A DNA stretch of 63,916 nt, counting the filler, from an uncultured Methanoregulaceae archaeon (GTDB taxonomy: Archaea; Halobacteriota; Methanomicrobia; Methanomicrobiales; Methanospirillaceae): NCBI GenBank assembly GCA_964530035.1. It is 6 parts of 6 records of this genome, joined end to end, with 100 filler letters (N's around TTAATTAATTAA, not from the genome) between each part and the next. Parts side by side here need not be neighbours in the genome. Positions count along the whole stretch, not along the records: positions 1 to 10,890 come from CAZGXZ010000079.1; 5 more parts are not named here. One strand, given 5' to 3'. The notes under the pieces were generated by a model, which saw nothing but the letters and a program-made list of their open reading frames with translations, was not told the origin of the DNA and made no database searches. Position 1 is the stretch's first letter; each line of letters opens with the position of its first letter. Position numbers and translations under genes: made by a program. Below are positions 1-8,980 of the stretch, one piece after another.

Positions 1-308
1 GGTGTCAACTGGCGGAGAATTCCTTTCAGTTGTTCGTCGGTAATACGCTGCCCGATTCTCCCGCTTTGAGCCAGAGAAACAAGTTGCTGTTCAACAGAGC
101 GCGCGAAGTCAGGCTTGGTTAGTTTTATGGTGTTTAAACGTTCCCGTGCTTCGGGCTCGAGGATCTGCATGAGAACCGCCTGGATCTGAGCCTCCATCTG
201 CTGGCGCTGGCGTTCCATGTCCTCCTGGGCATACTGCTGGTTATATGCCTGCTGCTGGAGTTCAGCCATCCGCCGCCTGCGGAGATCCGCCAGTTCATCG
301 TCGCCCAT
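1..308 (-). CDS. PDCD5-like DNA-binding protein (3' end cut off by window start)
   Basis: Manual translation from ATG at 308: [20 protein letters not shown]...[37 protein letters not shown]; usual position downstream of rps19e. Confidence 0.85.
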   Translation of the reverse strand, partial: [102 protein letters not shown]

Positions 309-324
309 GCGTTCCACCACTTTT

Positions 325-759
325 TTATATGGATTTCTGCTCGGCGCCGGCTTTCATGGTATGCGCAATGCCGTCCAGGAACGAGGCTCCTGCAGGTGAA
401 ACTCGTCGTCCACCCTTTTCCTGTACGACAAAGCCAGCTGCTTCGAGCTGCTGAAGTACCTTCCGGGCAATTGAACCGCTGCCTTTACGGAATGCATTCG
501 GCTTCGACCCCCGGTCACGCGCCCCTCCATAGAATGAACGCAGGCGCTGGACACCGACAGGCCCGTCAACATAAATACGCCTGAGAACCGCTGCCGACCT
601 GACAAACCACCAGTCGGGATTTTCAGGGGGCATTTCCCTGTGCACACCGGTCTTGGCAAACGCAGCCCAGACCGGTGGGACTACCTCGCTCTTTTTCTTG
701 AGTTCCTCTGCCACCTTCATGATAAGCTGGTCGGCAGGGACATCATATACTGTTGTCAT
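325..759 (-). CDS. rps19e: 30S ribosomal protein S19e
   Basis: MTTVYDVPAD...KTGVHREMPP..DWW..R.A..LRRIY..GPVGV.RLR..YGG. Confidence 0.97.
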   Translation of the reverse strand: MTTVYDVPADQLIMKVAEELKKKSEVVPPVWAAFAKTGVHREMPPENPDWWFVRSAAVLRRIYVDGPVGVQRLRSFYGGARDRGSKPNAFRKGSGSIARKVLQQLEAAGFVVQEKGGRRVSPAGASFLDGIAHTMKAGAEQKSI

Positions 760-860
760 CGAAGTACCTCACTGCATGCCTAAAGCTATAACAGTCTTTA
801 TCTATACGCCAGATATGTTTTTATATATTTCGAGCCACCCGGTATGTTATAAGCCTCAAA

Positions 861-1106
861 TCAGGCATCTTTTTTTAAGCCGAGGACCATAGTCCGCCCC
901 CTTGCCTGGAGAAGCCTTGCTCCGCAGGTATTGGCTATGGCCTGGGGGTCGACATCTGCGGTTTTCAGCCATTTGATCTTGATGGTTTTCCGGGTCTTGA
1001 GCTGAAGGCGGATCTCGTCGTAGAGAGGTGTAGTGATACCCTGTTTTCCAATCCAGATAGTAGGTTTCAAGGACTGGATATCAGGCAGACGCTTTTTCTC
1101 TTCCAT
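861..1106 (-). CDS. YhbY/CRM-family RNA-binding protein
   Basis: LKPTIWIGKQG...EIRLQLKTRKTIKIK; start moved to MEEKKR at 1106; lies between rnp4 and rps19e. Confidence 0.85.
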   Translation of the reverse strand: MEEKKRLPDIQSLKPTIWIGKQGITTPLYDEIRLQLKTRKTIKIKWLKTADVDPQAIANTCGARLLQARGRTMVLGLKKDA

Positions 1107-1111
1107 TTTAT

Positions 1112-1414
1112 TCAGTGAATACAATAACGCATGTGGTTCCCGCATCCATTGCAGGTCGCAATGACCTTCCCACGGTGAACCCGTATGGTTACATTGGAAC
1201 CAGGTACCAGAAAAGCATGGCACCTATGACAGTATCGCCGCCGGAGTTCCCGGTCAATCCTGACACGCTGCTTCATTGAAATCGTCCTGGCACGCAGGAC
1301 ATACAGGTCGGATAGAGATGGGTCTTCATGAAATACAGCATCCGCACAATCAAAAAGGATGGCAATCCTTTCACGGGCAATTCTCCTGGCCGCTGCAGGC
1401 TGTTTCCGTTTCAT
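1112..1414 (-). CDS. rnp4: Ribonuclease P protein component 4 (Rpp21/Rpr2)
   Basis: IARERIAILF, RRRYCHRCHAFLVPG, CNGCG zinc ribbon. Confidence 0.93.
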   Translation of the reverse strand: MKRKQPAAARRIARERIAILFDCADAVFHEDPSLSDLYVLRARTISMKQRVRIDRELRRRYCHRCHAFLVPGSNVTIRVHRGKVIATCNGCGNHMRYCIH

Positions 1415-1450
1415 CGGTCATCAGGCCTCGTTGTAATGGTTCTGGCGGGT

Positions 1451-2083
1451 TTACCTGATACAGACCCTTCTGCCGGAGACTTCAAGACGGCCATCGCAGA
1501 ACAGGGCAACTGCCTCGACCAGGCACCCGTGTTCCTCCCTGAGTATCCTTTCAGACAGCGTCTCCTCGTCGTCATCCTCTTCGACCCGGACACACCTTTG
1601 GATAATGATAGGTCCTGAATCCATCTCAAGGGTCACAAAATGAACAGTACAGCCAGCTACCTTCACCCCGTACTCAAGAGCCTGTCTCTGAGCATGAAGT
1701 CCGGGAAAACACGGAAGAAGCGCAGGATGAATATTGATCATCCTCTCTGAAAATGCAACGACGATCTGTTCGCCAAGGAGCCGCATATACCCGGCAAGGA
1801 CGACAAGGTCGGCACTGGCGTCCTGTATTTCCTTGAAGAGGGCCCGTTCATACGCCGGCCGGTCCGGAAATGCCGGGTAATCCAGGACAGATACCGGTAT
1901 CCCCGCGTTCCTGGCCCTATCAATGGCATATGCCACCGGGTTGTCGGTGATGAGGCGGACAATTGATGCTTTGATATGTCCGTCAGCTACGCCATCGATC
2001 AGGGCCTGGAAGTTAGATCCTCTCCCTGAAGCCAAAACAACTATCCGGTTTCTTGGCTCATGCGAGGGCGTCGGGGAGCTCAT
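1451..2083 (-). CDS. purN: Phosphoribosylglycinamide formyltransferase
   Basis: VLASGRGSNFQAL, LAGYMRLL, INIHPALLP, GCTVHFV..EMDSGPII. Confidence 0.96.
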   Translation of the reverse strand: MSSPTPSHEPRNRIVVLASGRGSNFQALIDGVADGHIKASIVRLITDNPVAYAIDRARNAGIPVSVLDYPAFPDRPAYERALFKEIQDASADLVVLAGYMRLLGEQIVVAFSERMINIHPALLPCFPGLHAQRQALEYGVKVAGCTVHFVTLEMDSGPIIIQRCVRVEEDDDEETLSERILREEHGCLVEAVALFCDGRLEVSGRRVCIR

Positions 2084-3351
2084 CCGGTTTCACCCTTCTT
2101 CCTCTCATCAAGGATCAGCTTTACTTTCAGGATCCGGTGACCTCTCATCTGGATAACGACGAGGGTAATACCGCGGTTTTCTAAGGTTACACTTTCCCCG
2201 AGGTGAGGTATATGTCCCAGACGGTCTATCAGAAGGCCCCCGACTGTTTCATACGACTCCTCGACAGGAAGGTCGAGGTTCAGTTCGGAGTTCAGGTCTT
2301 CGACCCACATGCTCGAGTCAACGGCATAGACGCCCTCGCTTATCTGTTGGAACTCCTGTTCCTCCATGTCAAATTCATCAAGGATGTCTCCGACCAGCTC
2401 CTCAAGGATATCCTCAACGGTGACAATGCCTACAAAACTGCTGTACTCGTCAAGGACAACCGCCATCTGGGTCTTCCTGACCTGCAGCTCCTTGAGAAGG
2501 TCATCAATCTTCTTGGTATCAGGCACGAAGAAGGGGTCGTAGATAAGGTCCTTGATAGAAGTATCCTTTTTCTTCAGGAGAAGGACTGAAAAAACATCCT
2601 TAACATTCAGGATTCCGATGATGTTGTCGATATGGTCATGGTATACGGGGATCCTTGAAAAACCGGTTTCATTAAAGATATGCTGGGCGCTTTCGACCGT
2701 ATTGGTGTCCTCCATCAGGCTGACATCAACCCTCGGGGTCATGATCTCCCTGACCTGCGTATCCCCAAACTCGAGGACGCTGTAGAGCATCTTCTTTTCT
2801 TCTTCCTCTATCGTTCCCTCCTCTTTTCCGACGTCGATCCATTCCTTGATCTCCTGCTCGGTAACAAACGGGCCCGTGTGTTCCCTGCCTTCTGAAAAAT
2901 GGCTGCTGACTTTCTCAATGCCCCATATGATAGGTGACACTATCCGGGACAGGAAAAGGATTATGGGGGATACCGTGAGGGCAAACTGCTCATTTGCCCG
3001 TGTAGCATACATTTTAGGACCTATTTCGCAGAAAACCAGGAGGATAATGGTGACCATACCCGTTGCGATGCCCACCCCCCAGTCCCCATAAAGGCCGATG
3101 GCAATTGCAGTCGCTATCGCCGCTGCGGCGATGTTGACAATGTTGTTTCCAATGAGGATGGTTATCAGGATGCGGTCTGGATTTTCTTTTAGTGCTGCAA
3201 GTGCCGCTGCACCTTTCCTCTGTTCATTGACAAGTGTCCTGACCTTGGCCCGGGTTATTGATATGAGGGCGACCTCTGAACTTGAGAAAAAAGCAGAGCA
3301 GGCGATGCAGAACAAAAAAAGCGCGACCAGGGTATAATCAATCATGGGCAT
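2080..3351 (-). CDS. Hemolysin/CNNM-family membrane protein (DUF21 + CBS pair + CorC domain)
   Basis: [60 protein letters not shown]. Confidence 0.92.
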   Translation of the reverse strand: MPMIDYTLVALFLFCIACSAFFSSSEVALISITRAKVRTLVNEQRKGAAALAALKENPDRILITILIGNNIVNIAAAAIATAIAIGLYGDWGVGIATGMVTIILLVFCEIGPKMYATRANEQFALTVSPIILFLSRIVSPIIWGIEKVSSHFSEGREHTGPFVTEQEIKEWIDVGKEEGTIEEEEKKMLYSVLEFGDTQVREIMTPRVDVSLMEDTNTVESAQHIFNETGFSRIPVYHDHIDNIIGILNVKDVFSVLLLKKKDTSIKDLIYDPFFVPDTKKIDDLLKELQVRKTQMAVVLDEYSSFVGIVTVEDILEELVGDILDEFDMEEQEFQQISEGVYAVDSSMWVEDLNSELNLDLPVEESYETVGGLLIDRLGHIPHLGESVTLENRGITLVVIQMRGHRILKVKLILDERKKGETG

Positions 3352-3442
3352 TCACGACGCCGGCTGCAAACAGTCCGTATCGGCCATTTGGATGCGTCTC
3401 TTTCATACCTGTATGAAGAGGAGAAAGATAAAACCAGCGTCC

Positions 3443-4276
3443 TTATCCGGTCCTGGCAAGGATCTCCCGGATAAAGGAGCACTCCTTTCTGATAACCCCG
3501 ATTTTCTCCCGCGACGTGAACTGGCCGGGGAAATTCCGGTCCTCTATCTCAAGTGTGATGACGCCGGTATACCCCCGGTCAACAAGGGAGCGGATGAGGG
3601 GGACTATTTCAGGTGAGGTGCTCGGGAGGCAATGATTGCTCCCGGCTGGTCCGGGGACAGACAGATGGACGTTGACCAGGCGATCTCCGCAAACGTCGAC
3701 ATACTGTATTGCTTCATGAACCGAGATACTCATGGCATGAGAGACGTCAAGGGTGAAAGCCAGCCATGGTTCCCGGTCAAGCAACTCCCTGATCTCACCG
3801 GGTCTGGACATCAGTGCATTCACCTTGGGTTCCATATTCTCCATTGCCACCCTGACCGCCGAACCATCGGAAACCCGGTGCATACTACCAATGAATCGGT
3901 CAAACCGCTCTAAGTCAGCAGTGCTGGGAGGTCGTTTTGCGGTCCTCCTTCCAGGATGGAGGGTATAGACACAGGCCCCGGCTTTCTCTGCAATTTCAAA
4001 GCATTCTGTTGCATACTGTACCGTGGCTTCGGCAACCCTCGGGTTTATCGAACAGGGATTGAGATCAAGGACAGGCATGTGACAGGTGATTGGAGAGAAA
4101 ATGGGATATGCGTCAAGACATGCTGCCAGCTCATGAAATGGCATGCCTTTTAGCCAGAAAGCAGGGGTTTCAAACCAGAATTCAATGGTATCGAGTCCTG
4201 TATCATGACAAAAAAAGAATATTTCAGGGAGTGTGTATTCATGGAAAAACATTGTGGAAAGGCTGAGCCGGATCAT
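3443..4276 (-). CDS. Sugar phosphate isomerase/epimerase family TIM-barrel protein
   Basis: TLHPG, AMENME, TLDVSHA, VNVHLS, TLEIED metal-binding motifs; start uncertain (4276 or 4288). Confidence 0.8.
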   Translation of the reverse strand: MIRLSLSTMFFHEYTLPEIFFFCHDTGLDTIEFWFETPAFWLKGMPFHELAACLDAYPIFSPITCHMPVLDLNPCSINPRVAEATVQYATECFEIAEKAGACVYTLHPGRRTAKRPPSTADLERFDRFIGSMHRVSDGSAVRVAMENMEPKVNALMSRPGEIRELLDREPWLAFTLDVSHAMSISVHEAIQYVDVCGDRLVNVHLSVPGPAGSNHCLPSTSPEIVPLIRSLVDRGYTGVITLEIEDRNFPGQFTSREKIGVIRKECSFIREILARTG

Positions 4277-4314
4277 ACGATTCTTCATAGGATCGCGTAA
4301 CATCATAGAAGTAT

Positions 4315-5721
4315 ATGGGAAGGGACGAACCAAGCACCCTTGACCAGTGGTGTGTCAGGGGAGACATGGTATGGACTGTTTCCCAAGTCAATGAAAAGAT
4401 CAGGGACCTCCTTGAAGGTACTGCCGACCTGCAAAACCTCTGGGTCAGGGGCGAGGTCAGTAATCTCAAACGTTCCAGTACAGGTCATTTTTATTTTAAC
4501 CTTATAGAGAAAAAACAGGGATCCTCCTCACTTTTAAGCTGTGTCATCTGGGCTTCTGTTGCCAGGAGTATCCGGTTCGACCTCAGTGACGGCGATGTAA
4601 CTGAGGTATCCGGAAGTATTGACGTCTACACTCCCGGGGGACGTTATTCCCTCCAGGTAACCAGGACGAAAAAAACAGGGGAGGGAGACCGGTTTCTTCT
4701 CCTTGAACGGTGGCGGAAGGAATTATGCGAGGCAGGCTTCTTTTCTCCAGAACGAAAGCGTCAGCTTCCACGGTACCCGGTGAAGATCGGAGTCGTCACA
4801 TCAGACACCGGGGCGGTCATCCATGATATCACCAATGTGATACGGGGTCGTTTCGGGGCACACATCATCCTCGCCCCCACACCGGTACAGGGTGAGACAG
4901 CTCATGCGGAGATAGCCCGGGCGCTGGGGCGGGTGGCAGCCGAGGGTGTGGACCTGGTCATCATCGCACGCGGGGGAGGAAGCGCGGATGATCTCTTCCC
5001 GTTCAACAATCCCGAGGTTGTCATGGCGGTGGCCAGGTGTCCGGTTCCGGTTATCAGTGCCGTTGGCCACGAGGTAGATATCACGTTCTGCGACCTTGCA
5101 GCCGATGTCCGCGCTTCAACTCCATCTCATGCTGCTGAACTGGCTGTTCCGGACAGCACTGCCGAACTCCAGTCAATACGGGACCAGTCAGCGAGGATCC
5201 GCCTTGGGCTCAGGCGGAAGATGGAGAGCCTTTACGAAGAGCTTTCGCGCTTAAGGGATCCTTTTTCACAACGGAGGCTGCTTGGAAGGATAGCCGATGG
5301 ACGTGAAACCCATACGGACCTCGCCGGCAGGATGGAAAGAGCGGCCTGTAACCGGATAAAGGGTGAACAAGCGGTTATCGGCCACCTGAAGACCGCACTC
5401 TCTGCGAGCCATCCTGTCCTCCGTTTCTCTCAGGGCCTTGCCGACCGGCGTGAACATCTGGTTCAGACAAGAGAGCGAATTGAAAGGGCGGCATTAAACC
5501 GGGTCCGGTCTGAAAGACTGAAGCTTCTGAATATGAAAACGATGCTTACCTCCAAAAATCCTCTCGACCTCATGAAAAGCGGGTATTCAATAGTTTTTTC
5601 AGAGGGAACCATCATAACCTCGTCAAAACAACTGCTCCATGGAGCAGAAATCACGGTGTGTTGGGCCGACGGTTCGGTCGATGCCACGGTCAGGAGAGTA
5701 AACCCGAATGAAAACGTATGA
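4315..5721 (+). CDS. xseA: Exodeoxyribonuclease VII large subunit
   Basis: LWVRGEVSNL..GHFYF OB fold, IGVVTS.TGAVIHDI, IIARGGGS, PVISAVGHEVD, RASTPS.AAE. Confidence 0.95.
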   Translation: MGRDEPSTLDQWCVRGDMVWTVSQVNEKIRDLLEGTADLQNLWVRGEVSNLKRSSTGHFYFNLIEKKQGSSSLLSCVIWASVARSIRFDLSDGDVTEVSGSIDVYTPGGRYSLQVTRTKKTGEGDRFLLLERWRKELCEAGFFSPERKRQLPRYPVKIGVVTSDTGAVIHDITNVIRGRFGAHIILAPTPVQGETAHAEIARALGRVAAEGVDLVIIARGGGSADDLFPFNNPEVVMAVARCPVPVISAVGHEVDITFCDLAADVRASTPSHAAELAVPDSTAELQSIRDQSARIRLGLRRKMESLYEELSRLRDPFSQRRLLGRIADGRETHTDLAGRMERAACNRIKGEQAVIGHLKTALSASHPVLRFSQGLADRREHLVQTRERIERAALNRVRSERLKLLNMKTMLTSKNPLDLMKSGYSIVFSEGTIITSSKQLLHGAEITVCWADGSVDATVRRVNPNENV

Positions 5722-5887
5722 AGAACTCATCACCGAGTTGAAAGGCATTGTCGCCAGGATCGAGGACGGGGAAGCCAGTCTTGATGAAAGTATCGCATTG
5801 TACGAACAGGGGATGACTATCATTAAACAATGCGAGCAACTCCTCAACGAGGCGGAAGTGAAGATAACCACACTCACGAAAAATTAA
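5708..5887 (+). CDS. xseB: Exodeoxyribonuclease VII small subunit
   Basis: 59-aa ORF below the track cutoff, translated manually: MKTYEELITELKGIVARIEDGEASLDESIALYEQGMTIIKQCEQLLNEAEVKI; overlaps xseA end. Confidence 0.93.
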   Translation: MKTYEELITELKGIVARIEDGEASLDESIALYEQGMTIIKQCEQLLNEAEVKITTLTKN

Positions 5888-5920
5888 CGTTATACAGCCT
5901 AAAAAAGGAATATTCTTTTC

Positions 5921-8900
5921 TTATCTGAACAGGAGTGCAGAAACTGCCTGTTTGGGGATCCCTTCAATAATCCTGTCTTCCAGTCCCTTCCGGGCTGCAG
6001 ATGTCTCTCCGGTTACTGGACTTCCTGGATTCGACTCCGGTGACCTGACCGATGCATCATAGCCTTCAAGGCGAAGATACCCTGGTGAATCCTGGCAGCT
6101 CCCTGTACACAGGAGACTCTGTTCGAGGACTATCACGTATGACCCAGCCGGGACGAGCCGTCCTGGAGTGGAATCACCGTAGCACACACCCTGGCAGGGC
6201 CCCGTGTCGTTGCACTCTCCCCGGGTAAACTCACCGGACAAGACCAGGCGATCTCCTGACCAGATACTGTACCTGACGGGGCGTACACGGTCTCCAAAGT
6301 TGATCTTCGTCTGGAGCCGTGTCACGTAGACATCCCTGCCGAGTGAAAACGTCAGGTTGTTCGTCAACCCCGGACAGCAGTAGCAGGTGGACGCATTTAC
6401 ATTGTTGCTGAAAAGGATCACCGGCTGAGGCACAGGCTGCTGCAATGGCGGTGAGGCGAAGAATCCGGCGAGGGTGACACCGCCTGAGCCAGCACATTCC
6501 TCACAGATGCCTGAACTATTCGTTACAAGAGTGTATTCTCCTGGCTGCAGGAATCTGTCCAGCACACCGGTCGCGTTGCAGACTCCCGGGCAGGTAGAAG
6601 ACGCAGTACAATTGGCTTTTTCTAAGGTTCCAGTCAAGAGCGGCACGTTGTTGCGATAGAGGACATATCCGACAGACTGCATGGTGCCAGGCCAGCGGTA
6701 CCGTGTTGTAATGCTCGTGCCGTATGCCTCCCGGGACAGGGTAAAGGTTACGTTCCGGGTGGTATTCTCGCAACCGCAGCAGTCATCTTCACGGTCGATA
6801 ATCACCCTGCCAGTCGGGACAGCTGTGGGGACGGTTGTCGGTACACTCGTCGGGAGCGTTGTGATAACCGTCACCGGGGTTTCCATTGGTGTGACAGGAA
6901 TGGTTACCGTCGGGGTCTTTGTCGGAGTACCGAATGGCGTTACAGTTACCGTAACCGTAGGTGTTGCTGTGGCGGTTGGGGTTATCGTCGGAGTCACCGT
7001 CTGAGTCGGGGTCTCATACGGAGTGACCGTTACCACAGGTGTCACAGTTGTAGTTGGGGTCATCGTCGGAGTCACCGTCTNNNNNNNNNNNNNNNNNNNN
7101 NNNNNNNNNNNNNNNNNNNNNNNNNNNNNNNNNNNNNNNNNNNNNNNNNNNNNNNNNNNNNNNNNNNNNNNNNNNNNNNNGCGTCTCGAACGGTGTCTTC
7201 GTCGGTTCTGACGTCTTTGTCGGTTTCACCGTCTTTGTCGGCTCAGGTGTCTCCGTCGGTTTCGGGGTCTTCGTCTCTTTCGGTGTCGGCGTCTCAAACG
7301 GCGTCTTCGTCGGTTCTGACGTCTTTGTCGGTTTCACCGTCTTTGTCGGCTCAGGCGTCTCGGTCGGCTTCGGGGTCTTCGTCTCTTTCGGTGTCGGCGT
7401 CTCGAACGGTGTCTTCGTCGGTTCTGACGTCTTTGTCGGTTTCACCGTCTTTGTCGGCTCAGGCGTCTCGGTCGGCTTCGGGGTCTTCGTCTCTTTCGGT
7501 GTCGGCGTCTCGAACGGTGTCTTCGTCGGTTCTGACGTCTTTGTCGGTTTCACCGTCTTTGTCGGCTCAGGTGTCTCCGTCGGTTTCGGGGTCTTCGTCT
7601 CTTTCGGTGTCGGCGTCTCAAACGGCGTCTTCGTCGGTTCTGACGTCTTTGTCGGTTCAGGAGTCGCTGTTGAGGTAAAGGTCAGGGTTGGTTGCACCGT
7701 AGGAATGCGTGTCAAAGTTGGCAGAGGCGTCAGCACGATTGAATCGGTTGGATGACTGTTACCCGGATGCCCAATCTGCTGGTCTACCTGGATTGTTATC
7801 GTCCCAGCCCCTCCGCAATAGGAGACCTGGGTTGATGCCCCTCCGTCGATTTGAACAGTCCCGGAATCAACAAGGGCTCCATTATCGTAGATCTGGTAGG
7901 CCGTTCCCTGCACCATGTTCCCATTGCCAGGTTCTCCCGTATTGGTAATCGTAAACACGCCACATCCATCGGAACTTACCCCGCTCACCGTAAGACTTGA
8001 ACAATCCAGCCGGTCAGGATTGTTTTTCTGACATGGCAGGGTGCCCACGGGGGTTACGGTCGGCGTAGGGGTCTCTGTTACAAGAGGTGTGGGAGTCACG
8101 GTAGCGGTTGCTTCCTGGGTGACGGTGCTAAATACGGTAGGTGTCAGGGCGGGTGTGACCGTTTCTGTTGGCTCAACCGTTCCTGAGGGAGTGGGAGTCA
8201 CTAATACAGTTGGTTCCGTGGACGGCGTCTCCTTGGGGGTCTTGGTCTCCTTCGGTCCCTTCGTTTCCTGAGGTGTCGACACCCCTGCTGGGACTAGAAT
8301 TGTTGTCTGGGGCACTTCAGGGGACGGTGTTTCTTTCGGAGCCTTGGTTTCCCCGGGGGTCTTTGTTTCTACCGGGGCTTCGGTTCCTGTGGTTACCGTG
8401 GTCAGGATGGGTTCCGGTGTTGAGGGAGTCAGTGTTCCGGGTTCCGTAACGGCAGGAATGGGCGTATCCGGAACTGTTGTCTGTTCAGTTGGGACCTGGG
8501 TGACCGGTTCCGTTCCGGTGGGCTCAGTTGTTGGCTGGTCGGTAATCAGACCCCCGGGTACTTCCGTAGGCTGCTCGGTGAGAGGTTCAGTCGGTGGTGC
8601 AACCACCATCAGGGGAGGGATGTTGTCTTCTGGTATTTCAGCCTGGAACTGATGCTCTTCACCCGTTGCCGGAGGCAGATCGATCACTATCGGTTGCAAA
8701 ACAGGACTTTCTACGGGGGGTTGAGGGGCTATCTCTGCTGGCGGGGCCGCAGGCTCATCAATCGGCAGAATTGATACAAGGGCTCCCTCAGGAGACCCTT
8801 CATTGTCTTCAACCTGTTTTCCTACGAATATCAGGCCTGGAATTGTTGCCGTGCTGTATCCGGACCTTGTGACTTTGGATGCCGAAACAGGAATCATCCC

Positions 8901-8963
8901 TGCAATGAGAAGCAGGATAATAATCGTGAAGAGCAGGATCTTCAGGCCTTTCACGGGGGTCAT
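5921..8963 (-). CDS. Large secreted/surface Pro-Thr-rich protein (signal peptide, PT stalks, TapA-like domain, 36-aa tandem repeats, two Cys-rich C-terminal domains); spans a 100-N gap
   Basis: ORFs 7014-8984 and 5921-7075 flank gap 7081-7180 and both read PT-rich at the gap; GGAGGT SD upstream of MTPVKGLKILLFTIIILLLIAG at 8963. Confidence 0.75.
7181..7660. repeat. 108-bp (36-aa) coding tandem repeat, at least 4 copies, running into the scaffold gap
   Basis: Unit encodes PEPTKTVKPTKTSEPTKTPFETPTPKETKTPKPTET; ggcgtctcaaacggcgtc recurs at 7288 and 7612 (3 x 108). Confidence 0.95.
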
Positions 8964-8980
8964 GCTTGAACCTCCTTTCA

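Noticed and set aside
1451..2083. Folate-type PurN in a methanopterin-using organism
   Set aside because: PurN is already known from several methanogen lineages; nothing unusual in this copy
7181..7660. Regular repeats that could be taken for a CRISPR array
   Set aside because: No unique spacers, unit is a multiple of 3 and encodes a PT-rich peptide; no cas genes in the window
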